DNA from: an uncultured virus (IMG/VR IMGVR_UViG_3300034374_010562)
Lineage: Duplodnaviria > Heunggongvirae > Uroviricota > Caudoviricetes
Direction: 5' to 3' (one strand)
Length of the DNA: 64,000 nt
IMG/VR virus record: IMGVR_UViG_3300034374_010562
The notes beneath the pieces were generated by a model, which saw only the letters and a program-made list of their open reading frames with translations, was not told where the DNA came from and did not search any database. Both the position numbers and the translations under genes were made by a program. Positions 1-9,107 of this stretch are shown here, piece by piece; position 1 is the first letter of the stretch; each line of letters starts with the position of its first letter.

Positions 1-664
1 CACCAGGTGATTTGGTTTCTTTAACTCCATTTTTTATTACATTTTCGGTGGTATCTTCAAAGAAATGTATACCATGTTTTGTTTCTTTTATTCCATTTCT
101 AATAACACCATCAACACGCCCTTTATTATGGTATGCATCTTCGTGAGTTTCTTTAATACCAAATTCAATTGCGTTTTTCGCATTTTCATCATTTGAGACC
201 GAACAATGGTTTATCTCCTTAATACCATTTTGAATGGTGTTTTCAACTATAGCAGGAATGACCAAAGCTCTGGAATTGGTGTCTCTCACCCCATTTTGAA
301 TGACATCTTCAACACTAAAATTGAAAAATGCATCGTCTAACAAGGTCTCCCTCACCCCATTTTGAATGGTATCTTCAACATCCACTTGTTTTGAGACTCT
401 AAGCAATATGGCGGACCTCACCCCATTTTGAATGGTATCTTCAACCCACTCAGTGATATAATGTTGATTTTCAACCACATCCAAAGATAGGTATTTAAAA
501 CTGTCCTGAAAAAAATAGAAGTTATACCATAAGGTTCCATCTTTGGTGAGTTCAATAACCCATTTTTTTTCATCAGTAAAGATTAACCACATAGAACCAT
601 TATTGTAGTATGTGTCCACCCCTTTGGTGAATTGGTTAATAATTTTGAATATTACGTCTCTCAT
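1..664 (-). CDS. Repeat protein with 22-aa period (VEDTIQNGVRxT + 10 variable aa); runs off the window edge; missing from the ORF track
   Basis: Manual translation from ATG at 664: MRDVIFKIINQFTKGVDTYYNNGSMWLIF...EW-VEDTIQNGVRSAILLRVSKQVD-VEDTIQNGVRETLLDDAFFNFS-VEDVIQNGVRDTNSRALVIPAI-VENTIQNGIKE..., open to position 1 (>=221 codons); promoter-like boxes at 684-715. Confidence 0.85.
   Translation of the reverse strand, partial: MRDVIFKIINQFTKGVDTYYNNGSMWLIFTDEKKWVIELTKDGTLWYNFYFFQDSFKYLSLDVVENQHYITEWVEDTIQNGVRSAILLRVSKQVDVEDTIQNGVRETLLDDAFFNFSVEDVIQNGVRDTNSRALVIPAIVENTIQNGIKEINHCSVSNDENAKNAIEFGIKETHEDAYHNKGRVDGVIRNGIKETKHGIHFFEDTTENVIKNGVKETKSPG
14..445. repeat. CRISPR-like direct repeat array, exact 66-nt period, 7 units, inside a CDS
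   Basis: CCTCACCCCATTTTGAATGGTATCTTCAAC is identical at 350-379 and 416-445 and has 3 mismatches at 284-313. More degenerate units end at 247, 181, 115 and 49. Intervening sequences are unrelated. Internal hairpin CCATT-TTG-AATGG. Confidence 0.85.
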
Positions 665-683
665 TAAAAATCTTGTTTACCAA

Positions 684-715
684 CAAAGGTAAGTAATAAA
701 AATCTCAGTGTCAAA
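684..715 (-). promoter_or_regulatory. Bacteroidetes-type housekeeping promoter (TTTGAC N18 TACCTTTG)
   Basis: Matches the -33 TTTG / -7 TAnnTTTG consensus, about 20 nt upstream of the ATG at 664. Confidence 0.65.
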
Positions 716-740
716 AGACTCTACCTGAATATTTATAGAC

Positions 741-1319
741 ATGATGAATCCTGAAATACTAAAAGATGCCATTACGAAGTTGGTGGAAAACCTATTCCTT
801 AGAGATTTGAGTAAAGAGGATTATGACTTATCCTTTCATCCAATCTTTAAGGAGCAACCAGTAGTATACTTAGAAGTAGATGTAGACTTGGAGAGAATTA
901 ATAGTGAACACCCAAAATATGACCCAGAATATACTAAAACCGTATATGATATGGAATCTATTGATGAGAAATTAAGAAAGTATTTAGGAATACCATACCC
1001 TCAATTACAAATATACACAACTCCTAACTACACAAATGAAGATTATACTTGGGGTGAAATAGATTTCGTTAGGGATTCAATCAAAAAACACCTTTTAGAT
1101 AAAGGTTACTCAAGAGAAGATGTTAATAACCTTTCAATATGGGTAGACCTATACAAAAGTGATGAATCACCATATATGAGATTAGAAGTGGGAACTGAGA
1201 TGTCACCAACAGATGAACAGATAGGTGAGATTGAAAATGTCACTTACGAAGCTGTCGAAAAAACAAAATATCTAAAAGGTCTCACTTACGATGAGATAGA
1301 GTTTTGGTTTGACTACTAA
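741..1319 (+). CDS. Hypothetical acidic phage protein
   Basis: 192 aa ORF, TATTTAT motif at 730-736. Confidence 0.75.
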   Translation: MMNPEILKDAITKLVENLFLRDLSKEDYDLSFHPIFKEQPVVYLEVDVDLERINSEHPKYDPEYTKTVYDMESIDEKLRKYLGIPYPQLQIYTTPNYTNEDYTWGEIDFVRDSIKKHLLDKGYSREDVNNLSIWVDLYKSDESPYMRLEVGTEMSPTDEQIGEIENVTYEAVEKTKYLKGLTYDEIEFWFDY

Positions 1320-1374
1320 AAATCATTTATCTTTAATTTGTTTTTTACTACAATTATTTCAAAATCAAAATTAA

Positions 1375-1728
1375 ATGGCCCATCCTTGGCAACATTCTTT
1401 ATCCTCAGTAAATAAGTTCGGAGGAAAACCTGAAGACTATTTACACATACACCAGTGGTTTGATGAAAGTAAGAGTTGGTATGCACAGATTTACCACCGA
1501 GCATTTAGACACCACACTCAAGGAATCTTTGAATGTGAACAACGATTTGGTACCCACTTCAAAAATAGTGACGGTAAAACTGTATACACCAGGTATGTCG
1601 GTGAACAACACGTTCGTGAGGACCTCAACAACTATATACCAACACCTCAAGAATGGATGGAAGTGTTATTAACAGGTGAGAAACCTATGTGGTTCTTAAA
1701 AACCATGAAACTAAATATTGAAGACTGA
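1375..1728 (+). CDS. DUF6915-like His-rich protein
   Basis: MAHPWQHS..S..KFGGKPEDY..IH.WFDESK, HRAFRHH..GIFECE, VGEQHV.ED motifs. Confidence 0.7.
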   Translation: MAHPWQHSLSSVNKFGGKPEDYLHIHQWFDESKSWYAQIYHRAFRHHTQGIFECEQRFGTHFKNSDGKTVYTRYVGEQHVREDLNNYIPTPQEWMEVLLTGEKPMWFLKTMKLNIED

Positions 1729-1739
1729 TATTTATTATC

Positions 1740-2411
1740 ATGGACGCACAACTCAAAAAATATTTAGAAGTATTTTCAAAATACATGGAAACCAAAGGAT
1801 GTAACCTTGTCGAGTGGTCAGGAGACTATTACGGACTAAACCTGTATGGTAACAATCCCGATTGTATCTCAGGTAATAGGAGGTCCCAAATTTCAAACCC
1901 ATTACCGCTACAACCATTACTTGAGAAATACTTAGACGAAAACCAAAAGGACTTTGACTTTGAAGGTGAAGACCCATACGCCATGGAAGTAGAGTTCAAC
2001 CGTGAAGATATGACCTTAAGTGTTTTTGAACTTTACAGTGAGTATGGGACAGAAGAAACAGGTGGTCTTAGTGAAGACGCCGAAAACAGTGAACAAGCCA
2101 AAGAAATTATCGAATACTTCTGTAAAGAGTTAGAAATGTGTAGAGGTGAAATTAAATTTGACTTCAACGGTGGCGGCGATAGTGGTTACATTGACGATAA
2201 AGGAACCACTGATTTCTTTGGTTCCGTTGAAATGCCTTCACAATTTGAAGATTTCTTTTATGGTATGCTAAGTAACTTTGGTGGTTGGGAAATCAATGAA
2301 GGTTCATTCGGTACCTTTACCATAGATATGGACTTAGAAACTATTGAATTAGACTTCTCATGGAACACTGAGGAACAAGTAAGACATAAGGTTTACGAAG
2401 AAAAAATATAA
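1740..2411 (+). CDS. DUF6878-like protein
   Basis: FNGGGDSG and GWEINEGSFGTFTID motifs in the C-terminal half. Confidence 0.65.
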   Translation: MDAQLKKYLEVFSKYMETKGCNLVEWSGDYYGLNLYGNNPDCISGNRRSQISNPLPLQPLLEKYLDENQKDFDFEGEDPYAMEVEFNREDMTLSVFELYSEYGTEETGGLSEDAENSEQAKEIIEYFCKELEMCRGEIKFDFNGGGDSGYIDDKGTTDFFGSVEMPSQFEDFFYGMLSNFGGWEINEGSFGTFTIDMDLETIELDFSWNTEEQVRHKVYEEKI

Positions 2412-2614
2412 TGAAAGTAGAAATTACTGAAAGCCACATCATCGTCACAGATAACAATGTCGATGAGAAAATATCTATTGATGGACTGACTGACGTTCAA
2501 AAAAGTCACGTAACCAATATCAAATCTTTTTCACATTCATTAATATTTCACGAGAAAGAAAAACAAAGAAAGTTAACCATATCTAAGGACAACCCTTACG
2601 ACAGATTAGATTAA
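2411..2614 (+). CDS. Hypothetical protein
   Basis: 67 aa, TAATG-coupled to the upstream gene. Confidence 0.65.
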   Translation: MKVEITESHIIVTDNNVDEKISIDGLTDVQKSHVTNIKSFSHSLIFHEKEKQRKLTISKDNPYDRLD

Positions 2615-2642
2615 AAAAAAACCCTCAGAATCTGAGGGTTTC
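2613..2642. terminator. Intrinsic terminator between convergent genes
   Basis: A-run + AAACCCTCAGA-A-TCTGAGGGTTT inverted repeat. Confidence 0.7.
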
Positions 2643-2652
2643 ATGTTTTAGA

Positions 2653-2832
2653 TTAAAGGGGCTTGTCTTTACTGATTGCATCCTCCTTAGAGGTATCAGG
2701 ACTTCCTGACCCAGGCAATTTGATAGAACCACCACCACCTTTAACGTCAGCACTTTTCTTACGAGAATCCATATACGATTTACCAATCCATCCCGCAACA
2801 ACAACTACTAAGATAAAAAATAATACTTTCAT
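2653..2832 (-). CDS. Small membrane-anchored protein (59 aa), not in the ORF track
   Basis: MKVLFFILVVVVAGWIGKSYMDSRKK...KDKPL; N-terminal hydrophobic helix; follows the gene ending at 2848. Confidence 0.65.
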   Translation of the reverse strand: MKVLFFILVVVVAGWIGKSYMDSRKKSADVKGGGGSIKLPGSGSPDTSKEDAISKDKPL

Positions 2833-2847
2833 AGTGACTAATTATTT

Positions 2848-3648
2848 TTAATGTTTATCTGTCTCTCGACTTCTAACATCGTTAGGCTTCTTTTTGATTT
2901 GTTCACCATTGTCTAAAATAAACTCATAGAAATAGTCAACATAATCTTGTCTCTTTGGAAGTTTCATTCTTAATGATAAATAGGTCCTTAACAAATCATT
3001 ATTGATAAAACCATCCCATAACTTTTCAAATATGTCAGCATGCATAGCAAATGGTTTAACATCAAAACCTTTCATTTGCTCGTTAAGATTGTAACTCTTC
3101 ACTGACTCATTACCTGGATGAACATCTTCAAAATTAACACCTGTAAGGGGATGAACTTCGGTATACAACCAGTCTCTAATCAAATCCTGAACTTCATAAC
3201 CAATCTGATTGATTTCATCTTCAGTAATCGGGTTGTCTTCTGTGTTGTAATTGGCATTCAACTCATCGATATCAGAATAGTTATACAAATCACCTAATTC
3301 ATATTCGTGACCATTACCACCAATAACTTCAACGGTAGATTTTGGGTCGACAGCAACATCAATATTATCAACATACCAAAGATTATTATCATAAACATCA
3401 GATTCTTCACTCCCTTTAGTGATGTCCCAATTCTTTATAAAGACATTTATATCATAACCACCCGAAGAAATGTTAATTACATTCTTGGTCTTTTCTTTCA
3501 TAATCTCATCAATACCCTCAACACCCAACTTATTTGAAAGTCTTAATTGAGCTTGAGTGTCCATTCCTGGAGTGAAGCCAAAATACTTCATTACCTTATA
3601 GTCAAGGATGGGTCCCGCAACTTGAAAATATTTATCGATTATATCCAT
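2848..3648 (-). CDS. Hypothetical acidic phage protein
   Basis: 266 aa ORF, TATTTAT motif 5 nt upstream. Confidence 0.75.
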   Translation of the reverse strand: MDIIDKYFQVAGPILDYKVMKYFGFTPGMDTQAQLRLSNKLGVEGIDEIMKEKTKNVINISSGGYDINVFIKNWDITKGSEESDVYDNNLWYVDNIDVAVDPKSTVEVIGGNGHEYELGDLYNYSDIDELNANYNTEDNPITEDEINQIGYEVQDLIRDWLYTEVHPLTGVNFEDVHPGNESVKSYNLNEQMKGFDVKPFAMHADIFEKLWDGFINNDLLRTYLSLRMKLPKRQDYVDYFYEFILDNGEQIKKKPNDVRSRETDKH

Positions 3649-3672
3649 ACTAATAAATACTCAGAAAACAAT

Positions 3673-3972
3673 TTAAATGCACTGGTCAGCATCAACACCT
3701 TCACCCAACATTACAGTTGCAGATGATATACCTAAGTATTTTTGTTTTTTTGTGATTTCATTCCAGAAGTGAGATAACAAAACTTTCTGAGCTATGGTGA
3801 TTTTATTGGGTGGACTCACCCTTTCGAATTTTACATAAAGGGAAACACCCTTTTCACCATTTTGATACCTTCCCATCACGTTTTCATAATAGACCTTATA
3901 AACCATCTCTTCATTCATGACGTTATATGTCATTGTCGGAAATACTTTATTTATCATCGTGTGGAAGTCCAT
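3673..3972 (-). CDS. Hypothetical protein (likely start MDFHTM at 3972)
   Basis: Track ORF 3673..4038; start trimmed to avoid overlap with the divergent gene. Confidence 0.6.
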   Translation of the reverse strand: MDFHTMINKVFPTMTYNVMNEEMVYKVYYENVMGRYQNGEKGVSLYVKFERVSPPNKITIAQKVLLSHFWNEITKKQKYLGISSATVMLGEGVDADQCI

Positions 3973-4010
3973 CTTTACAATATTATTATATTTATTGTCA
4001 TAGTAATGAT

Positions 4011-4892
4011 ATGGAAAATAGCGAAATAAATAAAGCAAAAAAGACGGTAGTTAATCTGTTAAACAGTATATTCTCAAGATTTCCTGATTATACGTTGGAA
4101 TATGATTATGACGACACGGGTATTTTGATAAACCTGGTTGATGAAGAGAATAAACTTCCTGTGGTTAATAAGATGTTAATTGCCAATGCCGCTTATGAAA
4201 ACTTCAGAAAAGCCAGTAAATATTTTCCACAATCATTGTCTTTATGGAAGAACTTAGACCTCGTTTTTTCATATAATGGGAAAGAATTGAAAGGCAATTC
4301 TAAGGACTCATTTATTGGTGATTCTCTTTTAAAATGTTTCGACACCAGTATTGAAGAGGTCCAATCCAACCCAGTAAAATTTGATACCACGTTTATCGGT
4401 ATTGGTCCGAAAATGGGTAATTTCTATATTACCGCAGTTAATAATACAATCACCAAAACCGACATTAACCCCTCGGACAACTACATTTACTTCTTCACAT
4501 ACCTCATCCCCGATTACCTTTCACTAAGTAACGATAAAGGTCAATCTGTTAAAGTGACCGCAGAGTCTTTAAGAGAATTTTACTTAAACGGAGGTGAGGA
4601 TGGTGAAAAGTATGATTTTACACCCGAAAAAATATTAGAAACTTTACTACGAGCAATAACTTTTGCACAAACAGAACAACACGACACTGAAGTCTCTAAA
4701 GAATTTTATAGCTGTTTAAGTAATACCTTTGACTGGGATGACGGTTTATATTTGGATTACTTCCCGTTATACGAACTACTAATTTTAGGAATCAACGATA
4801 TGGTAATATCAGATTGGGGAGTATTTGGTGAAGCCAATACTCGTGACTTTGAAATATTTGAAGACCTATTCAACTTCCTCCTCAGGAAATAA
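4011..4892 (+). CDS. Hypothetical protein (likely start MENSEI at 4011)
   Basis: Long ORF; TATTTAT at 3989-3995 precedes ATG 4011. Confidence 0.7.
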   Translation: MENSEINKAKKTVVNLLNSIFSRFPDYTLEYDYDDTGILINLVDEENKLPVVNKMLIANAAYENFRKASKYFPQSLSLWKNLDLVFSYNGKELKGNSKDSFIGDSLLKCFDTSIEEVQSNPVKFDTTFIGIGPKMGNFYITAVNNTITKTDINPSDNYIYFFTYLIPDYLSLSNDKGQSVKVTAESLREFYLNGGEDGEKYDFTPEKILETLLRAITFAQTEQHDTEVSKEFYSCLSNTFDWDDGLYLDYFPLYELLILGINDMVISDWGVFGEANTRDFEIFEDLFNFLLRK

Positions 4893-5252
4893 CGAAGGAA
4901 ATTCTTCCTTAATCATTGAAAGGGGAATAATAATATCTTCCCCCATATCAATTAAAAAATCATAGAAACTCATACTCTGTTTGTCTCTGAATATCTTCAT
5001 GATATCACCAGGTAATGAGTTCCATTGTTTTTGGTAAAGGTCTAAAGTAGTTACCTCAAAACCTTTACCCCAAACAAAATTTACATTTACATTTTTCCCC
5101 ACCGTAATTGGTATCAACATAACCGTCTTCTTTGTCTCGAAAGCATGACGTATCGTTATGCGCGGTTGAGGATTGAATGACTTTTCATCTGAATTATATT
5201 CAATCACATAACACGCCCTTACGTAACTCAATATGGCTTCAGGTATGGTCAT
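4866..5252 (-). CDS. Hypothetical protein
   Basis: 128 aa, TAATG-coupled to thyA. Confidence 0.7.
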   Translation of the reverse strand: MTIPEAILSYVRACYVIEYNSDEKSFNPQPRITIRHAFETKKTVMLIPITVGKNVNVNFVWGKGFEVTTLDLYQKQWNSLPGDIMKIFRDKQSMSFYDFLIDMGEDIIIPLSMIKEEFPSLFPEEEVE

Positions 5253-6298
5253 TAATTACTCAATGGGAACTTTATTGTTGGATGGTATCCATACCCTTCC
5301 AATTCATAATCAAACTCACCATTAAGAATATCCACATTGGAAACTTTCAGTGTTGGTAGGTCGTATGACATTCTTCCCAATTGCTCATTCACTCCGTCCA
5401 CCTGGTTCTTATAGATGTGGACATCACCTAAGTTACCTACCAACTCATCAGGAACCATATTCACTTCCTCAGCCAATAAAAGTAACAGTGTCGCATATGA
5501 TGCAATATTGAATGGAAGACCCAATGGTGTATCAACTGAACGTTGATTCCACATCAAAGAGATTGCTCGTTTAGGAACATTATTCTTTTCTAACCAATCT
5601 TCATGGATATCCTCAGTTTTTACATAACCTACTATATTGACTCTTTCTGCCCAACTCAACTCTCTTGTATAAACTTGAAATCCATAGTGACACGGTGGCA
5701 AAACCATCTGGTCCAACTCACCAACGTTCCATGCATTTACCATCATCCTACGAGAATCAGGATTATTCTTCAATGTCTTAATCAACTCACTGATTTGGTC
5801 CACAGAAGAATATTCCATATTTACCAATGTATCCGCAATAAACTCCTGATGACCACCAGCATACCAATCTCTCCATTGAAGACCATAGATGGGACCTAAC
5901 TCACCCCAATCCTTCGCAAAGTCCTCACTCATCTTAATCCTTTCGATAAACTCACCGATGGTATGATGAACCGCAGGAATACCAAACTCCTCACTCAGAG
6001 CCTTAACATCCACTTTATTAACGTAATTCTTATAAGCATCACCATTCCAAATGTTACAACCATTCTCCACCAAATACTTAATATTGGTACCACCTTTGAG
6101 GAACCACTTAAGTTCAGTCATCATGGACTTTACCGCCATCTTCTTAGTGGTGAGTAATGGAAACCCTTCACTCATCTTGTGTCTTATCTGACGACCAAAA
6201 ATGGAAATGGTACCAGTACCTGTTCGGTCACTCTTCTCAGTTCCATTTGTTAGGATGTCTTTCAACAAATCTTGATATTGGATATCAATATTATTCAT
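5252..6298 (-). CDS. thyA: Thymidylate synthase
   Basis: DRTGTGT, FPLLTTKK, ELKWFL, LGPIYG.QWR, PDSRR, LPPCH, QRSVD..LGLPFNIASY, GDVHIY motifs. Confidence 0.97.
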   Translation of the reverse strand: MNNIDIQYQDLLKDILTNGTEKSDRTGTGTISIFGRQIRHKMSEGFPLLTTKKMAVKSMMTELKWFLKGGTNIKYLVENGCNIWNGDAYKNYVNKVDVKALSEEFGIPAVHHTIGEFIERIKMSEDFAKDWGELGPIYGLQWRDWYAGGHQEFIADTLVNMEYSSVDQISELIKTLKNNPDSRRMMVNAWNVGELDQMVLPPCHYGFQVYTRELSWAERVNIVGYVKTEDIHEDWLEKNNVPKRAISLMWNQRSVDTPLGLPFNIASYATLLLLLAEEVNMVPDELVGNLGDVHIYKNQVDGVNEQLGRMSYDLPTLKVSNVDILNGEFDYELEGYGYHPTIKFPLSN

Positions 6299-6301
6299 AA
6301 C

Positions 6302-6646
6302 TTATAATCTATTTCCTGTAATTTGATACGCTTCAGCTAACTTATTCAACGCCTCATCGACCAAGTTAGTAATCTCTTTATCCACCTTACACACTGGATG
6401 TTGCAATAAATGGTCCTCAACATTTGAGCAGACCACATGCAATCGGTCCAACATCTCATGGTAATGTGTTTCACTCAGTAAATCAGTAATCTTATTCTCT
6501 TTGATGACCTCAACATAAACGTCATCATACCAACCGAATAATGAGTTACCAATCTCTTTCTCAACCTTAAAATCGTCCCACTTAAAATTTGAAATATTGT
6601 CATAAGTGGGCATGTTTGGAAACTTAACTTTGGTAACCTTACTCAT
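6302..6646 (-). CDS. Hypothetical protein
   Basis: 114 aa ORF in an operon with thyA. Confidence 0.65.
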   Translation of the reverse strand: MSKVTKVKFPNMPTYDNISNFKWDDFKVEKEIGNSLFGWYDDVYVEVIKENKITDLLSETHYHEMLDRLHVVCSNVEDHLLQHPVCKVDKEITNLVDEALNKLAEAYQITGNRL

Positions 6647-6855
6647 TAGTGGAAATATCTAACAACCGTGTTATTAGTCGGGAATCTGTAAATCGGTGCG
6701 TTCTTACCATTCTCCTGTCTTTGAAGGACTTCGTAAAAACCTTCACCTTCTCTAATAGTTGTAACGTTTTCAAGGTCATTTGCCCCGATAGTACCGTCAA
6801 TAAAGATTACAGTTAATGTGTGTTTTTTCGTGTTAAACTTTAAATAGTTTTGCAT
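6646..6855 (-). CDS. Hypothetical protein (likely start MQNYLK)
   Basis: Coupled to the downstream gene; the track's upstream extension is low-complexity. Confidence 0.6.
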   Translation of the reverse strand: MQNYLKFNTKKHTLTVIFIDGTIGANDLENVTTIREGEGFYEVLQRQENGKNAPIYRFPTNNTVVRYFH

Positions 6856-6948
6856 AATATATTTGTTATTGTTATTGTTAATGGGCATTAAAAAACCCCT
6901 TAGTCTATTATAACATAAGGGGTCTTATTAATCAATAATCTTAACTTG

Positions 6949-7245
6949 TTATTTACCGATGACCAAATCAGAATAATCAAGTTTATCCATGCCTGACATA
7001 CCTTCCTCAACCTCGTCATACATATAAGCTTTCACTACGGCAACTACGCCTTGTTCAGCTTGGGCTATTTTACTTTCCATCCAGTCTTCGATTTGCTCTC
7101 CATCATCCATCATTTCCCACATCTTATACGCTAAGGTAGCGATGGTGAATAACTGTTGTTTAGCCATGTATGACCCGTCATGATTCTCGGTGAGATTGGT
7201 CTTTAGTCTTGCCAATTGTGTCTCGGTTAAAATTATATTTGCCAT
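6949..7245 (-). CDS. Conserved-looking phage protein (GSYMAKQQL...DWMESKI)
   Basis: 98 aa; N-terminal IILTETQL..L leader; TATTTAT upstream. Confidence 0.7.
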   Translation of the reverse strand: MANIILTETQLARLKTNLTENHDGSYMAKQQLFTIATLAYKMWEMMDDGEQIEDWMESKIAQAEQGVVAVVKAYMYDEVEEGMSGMDKLDYSDLVIGK

Positions 7246-7291
7246 ATCGTTTGGTTTTATATTAATAAATATATCTTAATTCATAAATCTC

Positions 7292-7756
7292 TTATGAACC
7301 AGGTAATCTTGAAGGACTTACCCAACCATTATATGGATTTGTTTTTTTACCATTCACCTTAAAACTCCAATGAAGGTGAGGTGCCGTGCTATTTCCCGAA
7401 CATCTTTCACCCCTCTCACCACCTGAAAGTCCAACATAATCTCCTTTATTTACCCATTGACCATCACTAACAGATATATTTGACATGTGACAAAATCTTG
7501 ATTGATAATTGTCTCCACGTTTACCGATGTCAATACCACAACCACAGTCTGAGTTATTTACTTTGGAAATGTATCCACTATGAGGTGCATATAATTTTGT
7601 ACCCACAGGTATACCTATATCTACCGCCAAGTGTGGTCCGTTACTACGGTTCTCACCATAACGCCTTCCCATCACAAAAGCTTCCGTTGGGGAGATGATA
7701 AATGAACCTCTACCCTGCTCAAGAATTACACCCTCAAGTATGTTTATTAAATCCAT
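7292..7756 (-). CDS. M23 family metallopeptidase (peptidoglycan endopeptidase)
   Basis: HLAVD (HxxxD), FCHM, GNSTAPHLHW (HxH) motifs. Confidence 0.9.
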   Translation of the reverse strand: MDLINILEGVILEQGRGSFIISPTEAFVMGRRYGENRSNGPHLAVDIGIPVGTKLYAPHSGYISKVNNSDCGCGIDIGKRGDNYQSRFCHMSNISVSDGQWVNKGDYVGLSGGERGERCSGNSTAPHLHWSFKVNGKKTNPYNGWVSPSRLPGS

Positions 7757-7778
7757 ACTGATAAATATCCCACAAATA

Positions 7779-7809
7779 AAAAAGGTGGAAGAAACCCTCC
7801 ACCTTTTTG
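7779..7809. terminator. Intrinsic terminator
   Basis: AAAAAGGTGGA-N9-TCCACCTTTTT. Confidence 0.7.
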
Positions 7810-7865
7810 GGACCGACAGGTTAAGGTCGGCAACTCCACCACCCTATTTAATCTAACAGGGAAAT

Positions 7866-8552
7866 CTATTTTTCTTCTTCAGTTGTACCAGTGAAAGTGT
7901 AATCCTTCAACTTATTGGTATATTCAATTTCACTTCCATGAATCTTAGAATATAACTCAGGATTGTGAATACTATTCTCGTCCATATCATAAAGACCCAT
8001 CTCTTGGTCTGCATCCATAATCTCAGTTAACAATTCCTCACGCTCTTCTTTGGTGACAATCGGTGTGTTAATCCAATCAATCACATCCTCATCCAACAAC
8101 GACTCGTGAGAGTATGACAATCCCCACATGGAACCGTCAGGGTCAATAAAATACTTATAGAAGTTCCACTTCGCCTCAAAGTCATAACCATAAACCGTGG
8201 AACCTTCATTGGTGAATTCCAACCAATGCCATAACTGAGAATCCTTTAGAACGACTTTCTCCATCAAATATACGTTAGGATAATCCAATACCCCATAACT
8301 GTCACAAAATGCCTTAACCTCTTCAATATCACCAGGTTCTTGCTCACCGAAGTCATTACACGGATAAAGATATATGTTTACTTTATCACCATCAATGGTC
8401 TCCAACATACTTTGAAGGTCCTGGTAGTTATCGTTGGTATATCCACACTCTGACGCCACATTGATAACAATATGTCGTTTGTTGTTATCGGGTACAATAA
8501 CATCACCCTTATAGTCTTTTAGTTCGTAGTCAAAGAAACTCATACTTGCCAC
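7866..8552 (-). CDS. Glutathione peroxidase family protein (Cys type) with acidic C-terminal extension
   Basis: INVASECG, YPCNDFGEQEPG, KWNFYKYFID signatures. Confidence 0.9.
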   Translation of the reverse strand: MASMSFFDYELKDYKGDVIVPDNNKRHIVINVASECGYTNDNYQDLQSMLETIDGDKVNIYLYPCNDFGEQEPGDIEEVKAFCDSYGVLDYPNVYLMEKVVLKDSQLWHWLEFTNEGSTVYGYDFEAKWNFYKYFIDPDGSMWGLSYSHESLLDEDVIDWINTPIVTKEEREELLTEIMDADQEMGLYDMDENSIHNPELYSKIHGSEIEYTNKLKDYTFTGTTEEEK

Positions 8553-8734
8553 TTTTTTAATAGTTTACCGACTTCCATCTGATACGCAGATTCCAAAGTC
8601 ATACATTCCCTTATACCATAAGCATCACCGTCCTCAGTGTAAATAACAACGTCATCATCATAACGCTCAATCTCTTTGATAACCTTAATCTTCTTGGTCT
8701 TTGGAATGACCACATTATCACCAGTCTTATACAT
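8540..8734 (-). CDS. Hypothetical small SH3/KOW-like protein
   Basis: 64 aa, YKTGDNVVI start, coupled to its neighbours. Confidence 0.6.
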   Translation of the reverse strand: MYKTGDNVVIPKTKKIKVIKEIERYDDDVVIYTEDGDAYGIRECMTLESAYQMEVGKLLKKWQV

Positions 8735-9003
8735 TACTCCTCGATTTTGGCTTTCTTACTTGCATACTCACCCAACGAAACCTGAATGGTGTTACCCAAT
8801 ACGATGGACTCTGCCAACAATTTGTAAGGAAGGTGGAACAAGAAATCAACACCATTGAACGTGGTAAGGTCTTGCTTCAACTCCAAACATGAGTGAATCA
8901 ACTTCAAAAACAATTTGAACTGAACCTCATCCAAGAAAGTGTCTTCCAACAATGAACCAAACTGTGGGTGGATAATCTTTACGGTCTTTTGAACTACTGC
9001 CAT
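8734..9003 (-). CDS. Hypothetical protein (likely start MAVVQK at 9003)
   Basis: TATATTTG promoter box at 9026-9033 lies inside the longer track ORF. Confidence 0.65.
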   Translation of the reverse strand: MAVVQKTVKIIHPQFGSLLEDTFLDEVQFKLFLKLIHSCLELKQDLTTFNGVDFLFHLPYKLLAESIVLGNTIQVSLGEYASKKAKIEE

Positions 9004-9065
9004 ATCTTTCGTTTTTATTATAACACAAATATACGAAGAATATTTTAACCCGACAAGTATGGGCA

Positions 9066-9094
9066 TAAAAAAACCTCGGTGGTTAGCCGAGGTT
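9066..9094 (-). terminator. Intrinsic terminator downstream of the large ncRNA
   Basis: Minus strand AACCTCGG-CTAACCA-CCGAGGTT followed by a T-run. Confidence 0.8.
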
Positions 9095-9107
9095 AAGGAA
9101 GGTATAT

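Noticed and set aside
14..445. Calling the 66-nt array a bona fide CRISPR locus
   Set aside because: No cas genes in the window, only two identical repeats, and the array is an open, apparently selected reading frame; kept as a repeat and a finding
7811..7865. Fluoride riboswitch or self-cleaving ribozyme
   Set aside because: GGTGGTGGAGTTGCC resembles the 5' part of the fluoride motif, but the 3' pseudoknot partner is missing and no ribozyme core could be matched
7866..8552. Selenocysteine glutathione peroxidase
   Set aside because: The active-site codon is TGT (Cys) and there is no in-frame TGA
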